A stretch of DNA of 64,000 bases from a virus: the IMG/VR virus record IMGVR_UViG_3300033802_000277. One strand, written 5' to 3'. The translations under genes and the position numbers were made by a program. The notes under the pieces were generated by a model. It searched no databases. It saw nothing but the letters and a program-made list of their open reading frames with translations, and was not told where the DNA came from. This document shows positions 20,273 through 31,009 of the stretch, in pieces (within the stretch, counting starts at the first letter, position 1; each line of letters opens with the position of its first letter).

Positions 20273-22069
20273 TTATTCTTCGACTTCAGCTAAGAGATAA
20301 TCTTTTTTATTGACAGGAACAAAATCACTTGAGGCTGAAGCGAATGTTAAAATTTCATCTTTTTTATTAGTTTGTGTTTGTTTTTCAATTTGTGAAACAA
20401 CAAAATTATTCAATTTGTTAACATCGCAATCTTCAATTGCCTGTTTAACTTCATTAGATTCATAAATTTCTTTTGGCAAAAGTTTCTTATATCTTTCAGC
20501 CAATTCCTTCTTTTGCGCTTCTTTCTTTTCAGCTTCTACAGTTTCTTTGAATTTCTTCAATTCTTCATTTTCAGATAAAACTGCTTGCTTTTCTTCTTTT
20601 AATTGAAGAATTTCTTCTTGTTGGGAAACAACCATTGCTTTAGAATCGTTAAGTTCTTTCTCCAGTTTTTCAACTTTTTCTTTCAGTTCTTTGTTTTCTT
20701 TTTCAAATGCTTCTAATTTTTCCTTTAATTCTTTGATTTCTTGTTCATTCATTGCTTTGTCCTCCTTGTTATTATTGTTGTTGCCTGAAGTTTCTTCAGG
20801 CCATTCTAATCCTAATTCATTGTAGTGTCTTTTGAGATGATTTAAGGCGTCCTGATTTTCAGGATCGTTTCTCATCAAAAAAGACAGAGCAGTTTGTACT
20901 CCGTCTTTGCTTACAACCAATACTCCATTTTTAATAACATGATGTGGATATTTTAAGTGTTCTGATGGGGCATCTTCCCATCCATCTTCAACAATCAGAT
21001 AAGCTTCTTTCACAAGAGTTTCCGCATTACTAGCAGATGTCAATTGTTTTCTTAATTTACTCTTGTTTACACTTCCCCAACTTCCTGTCATATCCGCAGC
21101 ATCTTTAGAATTGTCAATTTCAATTTTTTCACCTTTGTTTTTATCAGCATTCAATGCAATACTTACCTCATCTGCGGAATCAGGAATAAAACCTCGTCTT
21201 CCTTTCACCCACTCATTTTCGGGGCTTAATACAACACTTTCTCCTTCAACTTTGTAAGGAATTTTGTATAAAACATCGTAATTATACCAGTCTTCAACAA
21301 TGACAAAATCATTGAAAAATTTTAAAATGCAATATTTATATGTCCTATTCCCTTTTGAATCTACAGGGTTTAAAAGATTGTATACTTGACCAGTAATTTC
21401 GTCAAAACTTAATGAAAATGCTTCAATATCTGCAAATACTTCAATTTCAATTCCTTTATTATATTTATCCTGATTCACTTGTTCACCCCCTTTCAAGTCC
21501 TTGTCAATAGCTTCAGCAATTAATAATTCTGCTTTAGCGCGAACTTCGGCAGGAGAATCAACAATACAATCACCAAATAATTTTCCACCACGATAACTAA
21601 TTATTCTTACTCCATCTTCAATGTTTTCATATTCACTAACCAATACCTCACAAGAAGTTTCGAGTTCTCCATTTTCATATAACTCTATTAATGCTTTGCA
21701 AACATTCGGAAAACGTTTTGGAACTCTTGCGCTGCCAATCAATAATAAAGCACCATCATCGGATTCTTTTTCCCAAAAATCAACAAATGAACCTATAATA
21801 TCTGTTCGAAGTTCGCCTGTTCTTCGATCATATTCATGAGATAACTTATGATACAAACCATTTTCAAGATTTTTTCTATTTACGACAAGTGGAATCCCTA
21901 TGTATTCAGATTTATTGATTACTACGCCCTTAATGAAATCATCTGTAAATCTTACATTGTTTAAATTTGTTTGGTTGCTTAAAATACATACATTTAATGT
22001 CATATAAATATCGCTTGATTCGTTATTTAATTCTAATATTTTTGATTTTAAAGAGATTTTTTCTTCCAA
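20273..22069 (-). CDS. Prohead protease/scaffold protein (SPbeta YonD-like)
   Basis: N-terminal protease-like region (LIGSARVPKRF...LETSCEV...FGDCIV...PA) and C-terminal acidic coiled coil; between portal and capsid. Confidence 0.75.
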   Translation of the reverse strand: MEEKISLKSKILELNNESSDIYMTLNVCILSNQTNLNNVRFTDDFIKGVVINKSEYIGIPLVVNRKNLENGLYHKLSHEYDRRTGELRTDIIGSFVDFWEKESDDGALLLIGSARVPKRFPNVCKALIELYENGELETSCEVLVSEYENIEDGVRIISYRGGKLFGDCIVDSPAEVRAKAELLIAEAIDKDLKGGEQVNQDKYNKGIEIEVFADIEAFSLSFDEITGQVYNLLNPVDSKGNRTYKYCILKFFNDFVIVEDWYNYDVLYKIPYKVEGESVVLSPENEWVKGRRGFIPDSADEVSIALNADKNKGEKIEIDNSKDAADMTGSWGSVNKSKLRKQLTSASNAETLVKEAYLIVEDGWEDAPSEHLKYPHHVIKNGVLVVSKDGVQTALSFLMRNDPENQDALNHLKRHYNELGLEWPEETSGNNNNNKEDKAMNEQEIKELKEKLEAFEKENKELKEKVEKLEKELNDSKAMVVSQQEEILQLKEEKQAVLSENEELKKFKETVEAEKKEAQKKELAERYKKLLPKEIYESNEVKQAIEDCDVNKLNNFVVSQIEKQTQTNKKDEILTFASASSDFVPVNKKDYLLAEVEE

Positions 22070-22096
22070 ATTTTCTCACCCCCATAAAACAAAAAC

Positions 22097-23635
22097 CTAG
22101 CCATCTGAAGGACTAGGAATCATATTTCCGCCATTTCCTTTTGATTTGTCTGTGTTATCATTTTTTGAATTAGGATCTTTTGGTCTTCCACCTTGATTAT
22201 CTCCGCTGCTTGTGAAACTTGTATTATGAACAGGCAATATTTCATCTAATTTGAGAACTTCGTTTTCATACCTTGCCTGTGAAATAAAGTAATCAAAATC
22301 TCGACCACTTGCTTCAACATAATCTTTGAGTGACCCTCTACCCTTAAGATACAATGCTTCAGCCCGTTCAAATTCCTTATCCTGATTGAGATACGTAACT
22401 CTACTAAATCTTATTTTTGGATTAAATGTACCGCTTGGTACAAGATAACTCATATACTCATTTAATCCATCTTCTACTTGTTCGATAATTGCAAAAATAA
22501 ATGAACTTACCTTTTCAGAGTTAATAGTAGCAGAACCATAACTTTGACCTGTCCCACCACCAGAACCCAAACTTTGAGAATATCCTAATTTATTGAATAT
22601 TGCTCTATCGATGCGTTCATATACATCTTTATTAAATATATTTACATTTACTTTAAGTTCTTCCAGAGTAACAAAATCAGGAATTGTTAATGGAGCTACA
22701 GAAGAATTTTCGCCTGATTGACCATTGTATTTTTTCATTAATAAATTTTTTAAATTATTATGTAATTCTGTTCTCAATTCAGGTGGTGCTGGCATTGTTC
22801 CTTTTCCTGTGGAATCTGGGATATTTCCTACTTTTTGAACAATAATTTGATTTATAATTCTATCTGCAACTGCTCGCTCTGTACGTTCTAATAAATCCTT
22901 GTGAATAATGCTTGGTAACGCAGGAATACAATATGGTAATGCATAAGGATTATTTCTTGATCCGCGAAACTTAATTACTTGTGTCTTTTTTATATCTAAT
23001 GGAACGTATTGATATTCTTTTGTTTTTTTATTACGATACCTAACATATTTATCCAAAGTTACTTCATCAGGCGCAGCTTCAATTACTTGTTCTATTTGAA
23101 GCATTGATGATTTTCCATAATATTCATATATGTAATTTAAATCATAATACACTTGCCATTTTCCGTTTCTCATAAATTCAATTACATATTGTTCTGGTTC
23201 TAAAAATTGAATAAATTTATTATCACGATTGTACCAAACACACGTTCCTTCATTCATTACTTGAAATATAGTATCTCTTGCTAATTTAACTACGTTTATA
23301 CGTCTGATAAAATCATCTATAATTTTTTTCTTTGATTGAAATGATTTTTGTTGCATGTTATCCCACAAAATGGAATAACTTAAAATCGGCAAAGATTTAA
23401 AAGTGTCGTAACAATCTGTAACAATACCATCTCGATGATAAAAATATGAACTCATTTTAATTAGTTCTTTTCTGTAGTGGTAAGGATTACATAACCATTT
23501 GTAAAATTTATTTATATCAAAATAATATACCCAAGCCCCCGGAAATATACTTTTTACCACATCATAGAATGACGCTAGTTCATAAAATGAATTATCTACT
23601 AATTGGACTTCATTTTGTGCATTGATGGAAATCAC
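22097..23635 (-). CDS. Portal protein
   Basis: 512 aa directly after TerL; C-terminal GGRPKD tail. GTG start uncertain. Confidence 0.8.
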   Translation of the reverse strand: MISINAQNEVQLVDNSFYELASFYDVVKSIFPGAWVYYFDINKFYKWLCNPYHYRKELIKMSSYFYHRDGIVTDCYDTFKSLPILSYSILWDNMQQKSFQSKKKIIDDFIRRINVVKLARDTIFQVMNEGTCVWYNRDNKFIQFLEPEQYVIEFMRNGKWQVYYDLNYIYEYYGKSSMLQIEQVIEAAPDEVTLDKYVRYRNKKTKEYQYVPLDIKKTQVIKFRGSRNNPYALPYCIPALPSIIHKDLLERTERAVADRIINQIIVQKVGNIPDSTGKGTMPAPPELRTELHNNLKNLLMKKYNGQSGENSSVAPLTIPDFVTLEELKVNVNIFNKDVYERIDRAIFNKLGYSQSLGSGGGTGQSYGSATINSEKVSSFIFAIIEQVEDGLNEYMSYLVPSGTFNPKIRFSRVTYLNQDKEFERAEALYLKGRGSLKDYVEASGRDFDYFISQARYENEVLKLDEILPVHNTSFTSSGDNQGGRPKDPNSKNDNTDKSKGNGGNMIPSPSDG

Positions 23636-23665
23636 CTACTTTCTTTACTAACTTTACTTTTCTAA

Positions 23666-25408
23666 TTAGTTATAGATAAAAAATAAGTAATCATTTATAT
23701 TTAATTTGTTTTTATTGATATTTTTATCTTCAAGTTCTTTAATATACCACAATCCATATTCAAGACTTGAGAATTTATCTTTGCCAATACGTTTATTTAT
23801 TTGTTCTAATTCAACGTTGTTACCATGATATTTTGCTCTTAAATTCATCATTTCTTCTTTCATAATGCTTGTCATTATGAAAGGGGTTAAATATTCGGCC
23901 ATTTCTTCTGATGACATTTTTTTATTAGATATTTTTGATTTTGCTGTCATTTCATCTATTAAAAACTTGACTTTTCCAGAACTAATTTGAGACAAACAAT
24001 TTACATGTATCTCACTTGCAATACCTTGAGATTTAATGTTATATAGCAACGGTAAAGAGTTTGGTTTTTTATATTCATCATATGAATTATCATTTACAAC
24101 CGAAAAAGGCGCATAAATATCACCTGTGTTCTCATCTATATTTTCTTTAACCAAAAAATCAACAAGACCACTTCCTAATCCATTTGAGTCAACAACTAAC
24201 ATAGTTGCATCGAATTGAAATACAAGTTTTTTTAATTTTATACTTTGCTCTAAGAAATGCACACCATCGAATACAAATGTATTTACAATATGTTTAATAT
24301 AAGTTCCATTATCTTTTGGAATGCATTTAATTACATGTGCCACAGTATCAGCATTTTGTGGCCCTTTAGACCTTGCAACGTCAGCAGAAATAACATAAAA
24401 TACATCTTTCTTTTTATCAGGTTCAAATTCAGGTTGCATTAATTTTCGATGTTTATCAAATATTTCTGCGTCAAAAAACGAATCTTCTGAAGTTCCAGTC
24501 CATTTTGATTCATATTCTCTTGCGAACGATAATGGATTATAGGTTCCATCTTCTTTTAATTCTTCGACAAAATTTTCACTTAATAGTTGGTGCATTACTG
24601 GAATTCGCCAGTCTCCACCAAAAACAAACGCATTTTCTTTGACGACCATCCAAACAAGAAGTTGTATCATTTTTTGATAAGCAAAAGTATTTTTATAGCC
24701 AGCCGTTGTGACGTAGACTTGGGATTTATGCGGTTCGTTCGGATCAACTTCGCCATTTCTTGCTCTTCTGTCAACGTTCATTAAAGGAATAATAACTTCA
24801 CTTAATTTTTGACCATCGACAAGTATTGTTTCTTCAATAAGTCCTCCATGACGACGACCGCCACGTGTGCTGTTTTGTACTGCAACAATATCTAATTTGC
24901 TTCCGTTTTGAAAGACTAGTTTTACATAATCTTTTTGAAAAGAAAAATATTTAACTTCTCTTTGTAAAACTGGAAATAGCTCCCATATTTCATCAATCTT
25001 CTCTTTTGCAATATTTGCAGCCTGTTCTTTACCTCCCGAACAGATGAATAACTTGATACCGGGATAAAATATGCATTTTAAATAAAGTGCCAATATGGAC
25101 AAAAAGGACTTTGAAAAAGCCCTTGTGAATGTTGCATATACATATCTATACCTTAAACAAACCCTCAAAAATAATCTTTGATAAAAGAATAGTTTAAATT
25201 TACTATCTGAAGGTGTAATCATATCAATAAAAATATCAGGATACGCTCTCCAAAAACTTAAATATTGAATAAATATAGGTAAAATTTTTTGCATTCTATT
25301 TAATTTATCAGCATTTTCTTTTTGGAAACTATTTCCTTCAGGATTATAAATATCAACTATCCCATTTTTATATTTAGCTGCATCGGTTTGAAATTTTTTA
25401 ACTTTCAT
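23666..25408 (-). CDS. terL: Terminase large subunit
   Basis: TFTRAFSKSF (Walker A variant), STRGGRRHGGLIEE (Walker B), YVTTAG, nuclease ISADVAR, KDKFSSLEYG; start overlaps the terS stop. Confidence 0.92.
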   Translation of the reverse strand: MKVKKFQTDAAKYKNGIVDIYNPEGNSFQKENADKLNRMQKILPIFIQYLSFWRAYPDIFIDMITPSDSKFKLFFYQRLFLRVCLRYRYVYATFTRAFSKSFLSILALYLKCIFYPGIKLFICSGGKEQAANIAKEKIDEIWELFPVLQREVKYFSFQKDYVKLVFQNGSKLDIVAVQNSTRGGRRHGGLIEETILVDGQKLSEVIIPLMNVDRRARNGEVDPNEPHKSQVYVTTAGYKNTFAYQKMIQLLVWMVVKENAFVFGGDWRIPVMHQLLSENFVEELKEDGTYNPLSFAREYESKWTGTSEDSFFDAEIFDKHRKLMQPEFEPDKKKDVFYVISADVARSKGPQNADTVAHVIKCIPKDNGTYIKHIVNTFVFDGVHFLEQSIKLKKLVFQFDATMLVVDSNGLGSGLVDFLVKENIDENTGDIYAPFSVVNDNSYDEYKKPNSLPLLYNIKSQGIASEIHVNCLSQISSGKVKFLIDEMTAKSKISNKKMSSEEMAEYLTPFIMTSIMKEEMMNLRAKYHGNNVELEQINKRIGKDKFSSLEYGLWYIKELEDKNINKNKLNINDYLFFIYN

Positions 25409-26348
25409 AATAATCATCTTCTTCTATATCATACTCATCTTCATTGTCATTGTTAATAATTTCTTCTTTTTCATTCATTTTTTGTAACGCTGTTTCAACA
25501 ATATTAGCTATATTTGGATCTCCCATTATTAAATTCTTAGTAAAATTCATCAAATTTTTTTCAGTCTGATCAACTATGTCCTGCGGTATATCAATTGGAA
25601 ACTTAGGAATAAAACCATGTTTCTCAGCAAATTCACAAAACTCACTAAAAGTATTCATTCCACCTGTTCTGTCTGCTGCGCTTCTTTGTACTGCTGTAAA
25701 TTTTGCAGAGTGCATTAACTTATCATATGCATCTGATAATTTTTTAAAATGTTCAATATTATCATTTGCCAACGCTTCTTCCATTTTCAGAGAAACAATA
25801 CATATCTTTTTTAAATAATCCTTATGTGAAGCTGTTTCTATTTCGTAACTCATTTCCATGTCTTCTTTAAATTCCTGAAGTTTTTTATATTGCTCTTTTG
25901 TATATCCAGAACCCCAAAAATTTATAATATCGTTAGTTAAATTAAAATTATCATCAATAGGTTCAATAATTTTCAAATCATTTTCATCAATTTGAATAAT
26001 ATTTTCAGTTTTTTCCTTATCTACATCTCCATCGTTCCAAGTCAAATGTTTATGATTAAGCATTACATTTTTATAATAAACTCCAAACAAATCTTTCCCT
26101 TTTCTTTCTGATTCTGCGACGGAACTTTCCCATAAATGCTTCATAAAAGGGCGATTCATTTGAAATAAAATATTTTTTATCGATTCAATATTATTAATAT
26201 CTACTTCTTTTTTAATACAATCTTTACAAACTGGGAACCTTCCATCTTTATGAAATTTACTATTTGAAAGATAAAAATATTTTTCTGTATTCTTTTCAGT
26301 TTCACATGAAATACATAATTTCATTATCTCTTGCTTTTTTTTGCCCAT
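25398..26348 (-). CDS. terS: Putative terminase small subunit with N-terminal Zn finger (YonG-like)
   Basis: CISC...FYLSNSKFHKDGRFPVCKDC; directly upstream of TerL. Confidence 0.65.
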   Translation of the reverse strand: MGKKKQEIMKLCISCETEKNTEKYFYLSNSKFHKDGRFPVCKDCIKKEVDINNIESIKNILFQMNRPFMKHLWESSVAESERKGKDLFGVYYKNVMLNHKHLTWNDGDVDKEKTENIIQIDENDLKIIEPIDDNFNLTNDIINFWGSGYTKEQYKKLQEFKEDMEMSYEIETASHKDYLKKICIVSLKMEEALANDNIEHFKKLSDAYDKLMHSAKFTAVQRSAADRTGGMNTFSEFCEFAEKHGFIPKFPIDIPQDIVDQTEKNLMNFTKNLIMGDPNIANIVETALQKMNEKEEIINNDNEDEYDIEEDDYYES

Positions 26349-26534
26349 TTATTCACCTTCTTTCCTTGCTCCCTAAAGTCATTAAAGTATTTTTCTAATT
26401 TTTTAGAATTACAAAAAAGAAACGGGAGGGCGGGAGTTACCCTGTTACCCGAAACCTTAAATCAGGAATCGCCCGTTTCAAAAAATAAAACAATTAAAGC
26501 ACACCAGAACACGTCTGATGTGCTTGATATTGTT

Positions 26535-26831
26535 TTATTTTAATTCTTCCTGCATTAATTTGATTTCTAATTCCAATTCCTTCGCTTTGTTTTGAAGATC
26601 AATACATCTATCCATTATAGATGTTGCCAATCGTATTCTTGTATAAAAATCCAATAAAACTTCTTTGATTTCTTTTTTTCTTTTATATTTTTTCAAAAGA
26701 TTATAATAATATTCTATCCATTCATCTACGTTTATTTCCATTTTGGGCATTAAAATTAAATCTATATCATCAATGTATTCATATTCTTCTTCATACTCTT
26801 CAAAGTCTTCATCGTTATATCTATTTGCCAT
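26535..26831 (-). CDS. Acidic hypothetical protein
   Basis: 98 aa with RBS GAAGGGGATG. Confidence 0.65.
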   Translation of the reverse strand: MANRYNDEDFEEYEEEYEYIDDIDLILMPKMEINVDEWIEYYYNLLKKYKRKKEIKEVLLDFYTRIRLATSIMDRCIDLQNKAKELELEIKLMQEELK

Positions 26832-26870
26832 GTTGTCATCCCCTTCTTAGAGCAGAGGAATCGGCAAGAT

Positions 26871-28094
26871 TCATGCAGATCGTTTTATTTTTAAACTATG
26901 AATTGCTGACCGACCATAATTCTCTTGAATCGTAATTAAAATAGCTCCTGGGTTAGCCGTTTTCTTTATTTTTAAAGAAAAGTCATCTATTCCAATAATA
27001 CTAGGAGTTTGTATGTATTCAATATTTTTTATACCATTCATACCAATCGTTTTAATGTCTTCATGGTGTAAATGACCAGCTAACATTAGATCGACTGGAT
27101 TATTATATATCATAGGGTATTCCAAAAGACTCTCAACTAATTTTTTTTCTTCATGACCATGTACGGCTAAAACATTAGTTCCAAGAATGTTCTGGTATAC
27201 ATGGTTTTTACATTTATGTATAGTTACATTTTTATTATTTTTTAAATTGCAATAGATAATATGGGCAATTATTTTTTCCATATTTTCTTCTGGAAAATCT
27301 CCGCGCTTACCATTAAGCAATCTTAATTCAGCATGGTTTCCCATGACGGTATAATAATCAACAACTGAGTATTTCGATAATTCATTAAGCCACAAAGACA
27401 TAAACTCAGCAAATTCAATAGCGGCATCCACATTGCCCAATTTAATCCATTGAAGTTGACTCATTCTTAGAATACCATCAATGCTATCTCCAAGATTAAA
27501 TACATGAACATGATTTATTTTTTCGTTTTCGTTTATTGAAATATATTGTTCAAGTATATCCCACATTGATTTTTGGGCAATCTCAGGATTATATTTATTC
27601 AATATCTCGTCTTGCCAACCATAAAGGGTAAAGTCTGCACCATAATGAATATCGGCAATAGGCAATATATAATCTTTTTTTCTATTGTTGGGTTTTATGT
27701 ATATAAGCGGAACACTTATCGATGGCCTATTCTCAATTGCTTTTAATATTTTTTCTTCAATTAATTCTGATCTTGCGCTTTCACGCAACATCTTGCTATA
27801 TTCTAATTTTTCGGACTGAAGTTTTATTCTCTCTTTTTGAAGTTCCAATGATTTATCATTTATTTTTTGAATAATCTCATCTGAGTTAATCTTGTCCTTA
27901 AGACATAATTCATAACCTTTTTTAATCAATGTATAGTCTTTTCTCCATTTTGATTCACTATATTCCTCTTCAACTTGCGAATTCATTAAATCACGAATTT
28001 CATACCAACTTAATTCGTATTCTTCTTTATTGTCACCTAATCGTAAAAGGTAATGTTCTAACGATTCATCAGATTTTCGTAGTGTTTCATGCAA
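26871..28094 (-). CDS. Calcineurin-like metallophosphoesterase (SPbeta YonJ-like)
   Basis: ADIHYG, GDSIDG, GNHAE, HGH and GHLHH metal-binding motifs. Confidence 0.85.
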   Translation of the reverse strand: MHETLRKSDESLEHYLLRLGDNKEEYELSWYEIRDLMNSQVEEEYSESKWRKDYTLIKKGYELCLKDKINSDEIIQKINDKSLELQKERIKLQSEKLEYSKMLRESARSELIEEKILKAIENRPSISVPLIYIKPNNRKKDYILPIADIHYGADFTLYGWQDEILNKYNPEIAQKSMWDILEQYISINENEKINHVHVFNLGDSIDGILRMSQLQWIKLGNVDAAIEFAEFMSLWLNELSKYSVVDYYTVMGNHAELRLLNGKRGDFPEENMEKIIAHIIYCNLKNNKNVTIHKCKNHVYQNILGTNVLAVHGHEEKKLVESLLEYPMIYNNPVDLMLAGHLHHEDIKTIGMNGIKNIEYIQTPSIIGIDDFSLKIKKTANPGAILITIQENYGRSAIHSLKIKRSA

Positions 28095-28114
28095 TCACAT
28101 CAACTCCCTGAAAA

Positions 28115-28966
28115 TCAAAATAAATTTGAAAGTTCGGCCACCCGACTTCTCTCTGATTTATCCAAATCTACTGCACCAAATAAAGGATTTCCAGCGAGAA
28201 CATATCTTAATGCTTCAATTCCACTATCTGTTTCAAATACTTTTTTATCTGTTTGACTTGTATCGCCTTCAAAAATAATAATACTATTTTCTCCAACACG
28301 TCCAATAAGAAGTTTTACATGATCTCTGGTCAAGTTATTACTCTCACTTACAATAATCACGCTGTTTGAAAAACTTCTGCCACGAACATGACCAAGATGA
28401 ACATATTCGATTGCTCCTGATCTTTCAAGAAATTCAAGCTGTTGAGGATTTCCGCCTAGACAATCTTGAATAGGAAGAATAAAAGGCAATAATTTGTCTT
28501 TAATACCGTTCGGTAATGCTCCGAGAGCAACAGTATCTTTTACTTCGACATTGTTACGAATATAAACTATTTTCTTGAATTTGTTTTTATCGTGTTGTAT
28601 TTTATGTAAAGCATAATTAACTGCTATGTATGTTTTTCCGCTTCCCATTGTTCCAGTAACAAGTTTAATTGGGATTTCGTCATTTTGAAGCAAATCAAAT
28701 AGCATTTCTTGTTTTACATTTTTAGGTTCAATATCACCAATTTGCGCATTAGAGATTTTTTCATATTTTAGCTTTACTAATTTTTCGCCATCGAATCTAT
28801 ATTTAAACGATGAATAATTTCCTTGACAATCCTTAATCGCGACATATTCATTAATAACCAAATCATTCAAATTTATCGAATCTGTCCATACAATCCGTTT
28901 CCCTTTTAAGTGATCAATTTCTTCATTGGTCAAAACAACCTCTCGAACACCAGTAAATTTTTTCAT
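28115..28966 (-). CDS. phoH: PhoH-family ATPase
   Basis: GTMGSGKT, IVYIRN, RGRSF, LIGRVGENS, GDTSQTD. Confidence 0.9.
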   Translation of the reverse strand: MKKFTGVREVVLTNEEIDHLKGKRIVWTDSINLNDLVINEYVAIKDCQGNYSSFKYRFDGEKLVKLKYEKISNAQIGDIEPKNVKQEMLFDLLQNDEIPIKLVTGTMGSGKTYIAVNYALHKIQHDKNKFKKIVYIRNNVEVKDTVALGALPNGIKDKLLPFILPIQDCLGGNPQQLEFLERSGAIEYVHLGHVRGRSFSNSVIIVSESNNLTRDHVKLLIGRVGENSIIIFEGDTSQTDKKVFETDSGIEALRYVLAGNPLFGAVDLDKSERSRVAELSNLF

Positions 28967-29007
28967 CTGATTTTCCTCGATTCGTTAAAAATAACTGTAT
29001 CTATAAC

Positions 29008-29033
29008 AATGGAGAGAACTAAAGTCTCTCCAT
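29008..29033 (-). terminator. Hairpin after HU gene
   Basis: ATGGAGAGA-7nt-TCTCTCCAT. Confidence 0.5.
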
Positions 29034-29058
29034 CTCTCCATTGTGTTTTATATATTTA

Positions 29059-29334
29059 TTAACCACTAACCGCTGCTTTTAGCGATTGAGAGGGACGGAA
29101 TTTAGGAACGTCTCGTGCTTCAAGCGAAATTTCTTCTCCTGTTTTCGGATTACGTGCCTTGCGTGCAGAAGTTTGTTTCACTTCAAAATTACCAAATCCA
29201 TGCAGATGAATCTTCTCTCTGTTGACAAGCGCTTCTGTAATTGACTCAAAAACAGCGTCAATAGCAGCAGAAGTATCCTTCTTAGTTAGTCCAGTTTTTT
29301 CGGCAACAGCATTTACTAAATCTTGTTTATTCAT
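29059..29334 (-). CDS. hbs: HU-like DNA-binding protein
   Basis: MNKQDLVNAVAEKTGLTKKD...GFGNFEV...ARNPKTGEEI; RBS AGGGAGA favours ATG 29334. Confidence 0.95.
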   Translation of the reverse strand: MNKQDLVNAVAEKTGLTKKDTSAAIDAVFESITEALVNREKIHLHGFGNFEVKQTSARKARNPKTGEEISLEARDVPKFRPSQSLKAAVSG

Positions 29335-29455
29335 CAAAAAATCTCTCCCTTTTAAAATTTTTTTATATTTTATTATTGAGCGGCAAAAGCCGCTCAAAAA
29401 ATTTTGAATAAATATTTTTTCTATACACTTACATAATATATATAGCGTTTAAAAG

Positions 29456-31009
29456 CTAAAATCTCGGAATTTTCCTTAAACTGTCACACTGTTTACATGT
29501 GCTCTGTAATCCATCTTTTGTAAACTTGTTGTTACCAAAGTATTTTGTAAGTTTGTTCTCACCACATTTGCTACACTTTTTATAATCGCCTTTTACTTTG
29601 AAAGTGTAAATCCAATCTTCTCGATCTTTTGTGTATGTATTAACAATGATTTTTGGAATTTTATCAATGAAAATATTATATATTTTATTTTCATCTATGA
29701 AAATTTTATATTTTCTTTCTAAATATTCTCTGATTTCATAACCAAAATACCCATCAATTCTCATTATTAAAATATCGTAAAGATAACGATCCATATTAGA
29801 AATTTCAATCAATCTTTCCAGTTCGTTAAGAATTAAATACATTTCGCTATCTGGTTTATCCCAACACGATTGTTTAAGTTCACTATAAAAATACAATAAC
29901 TGTAATATATGATTTTCATTTTTAAAATCAATTTTGTTTTCAGAAACAAGAATGTAGTTACCCCGATCATCAAAATACCCAGTATCTTCTTCAAAGGTAA
30001 ACTTTGTACTTCCAGAAGAAACTCTTTTAAAATTTATGTATCCAGATAGTTTTTCTTTTATTATTTTTTGTTCTCTTTTTAGTTCTCTTAGGAGTTTTTC
30101 GTATTTCCTTACTTTGCTTGCTCCATACAACCTAATTAATTCTTTCTTTACTTCTTTTTTGTTTTTTTCTTTAACTTTTAATATATTGTTTATATAATCA
30201 ATGACAGTTTGAATTTCTTTTAATTCTTTATGTTTTTCCAAATCAATATCTGTAATTTCTATTTCTTTAACCAGACATCTATTAGATCCATTTTTGTTAA
30301 GGTCGTATAAACAACCAAACGAAATCTCTCTTTTTTTATCTTTTTTTATTCTGCTTTTAGTATGTACTTTGTAGTCATTTTCAACTTTTTTTATTTTTTC
30401 TTCTTCGTTTTTAAATTTTGGAAACACTAAATAATCTGCAATATATTCCAATCCTTTAATAGATATCTCATTCTCGTTTAAAAATGAATTTTTGTTCTTT
30501 CGTTGTTTTAAAATATAAGAAGGCGAACTAATATATTTAACTAGCCAATCTTCGTGCAGTTTAAGCACTTCTTTTAATAATTTGTTCCTGTCATCTGCAT
30601 ATTCTAAATCATAATCCAAATTATCAATAATTTGCTTTAAATTTCTACCTATACTACCATACACATTCCATCTTGGTTTATTTAGATAGTTATTTCTTTC
30701 CTCTTCCCAAGGTCTTTTGACGCTTTCTAGGTTGTATCCATATTCTAGTTCATTGCTCTTAAATTCTTGTATCCAATATTTTTTTCTGGCCGATAGATCA
30801 CTACAATCTGTTTCTAATACTATGTAATCAAAATTGTCTTGACCATACTTATTCCAAGCTTCTTGCAAGCGAATATTTTTGTATTTATTGTTATTTAACT
30901 GTTTGACAAGATGATCGTATGATGTTTCAATATTTGTTGTTGATCGAACATAAACCTTGTTGTCAATTTTGTTTACAAGTGCGAAAATTCCGTTTATTTT
31001 TATCACCAC
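29456..31009 (-). CDS. Multidomain protein: degenerate GIY-YIG N-terminus, sigma-region-4-like HTH, C-terminal C4 Zn finger
   Basis: GIFALVNKIDNKVYVRST...LQEAWNKYG...WI...GYN; LYDILIMRIDGYFGYEIREYLERKY; KKCSKCGE...KDGLQSTCKQC. Confidence 0.6.
   Translation of the reverse strand: MVIKINGIFALVNKIDNKVYVRSTTNIETSYDHLVKQLNNNKYKNIRLQEAWNKYGQDNFDYIVLETDCSDLSARKKYWIQEFKSNELEYGYNLESVKRPWEEERNNYLNKPRWNVYGSIGRNLKQIIDNLDYDLEYADDRNKLLKEVLKLHEDWLVKYISSPSYILKQRKNKNSFLNENEISIKGLEYIADYLVFPKFKNEEEKIKKVENDYKVHTKSRIKKDKKREISFGCLYDLNKNGSNRCLVKEIEITDIDLEKHKELKEIQTVIDYINNILKVKEKNKKEVKKELIRLYGASKVRKYEKLLRELKREQKIIKEKLSGYINFKRVSSGSTKFTFEEDTGYFDDRGNYILVSENKIDFKNENHILQLLYFYSELKQSCWDKPDSEMYLILNELERLIEISNMDRYLYDILIMRIDGYFGYEIREYLERKYKIFIDENKIYNIFIDKIPKIIVNTYTKDREDWIYTFKVKGDYKKCSKCGENKLTKYFGNNKFTKDGLQSTCKQCDSLRKIPRF

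Noticed and set aside
1345-30000. Short plus-strand ORFs in the ORF track across the structural module
   Set aside because: Antisense shadows of long minus-strand genes, without RBSs.
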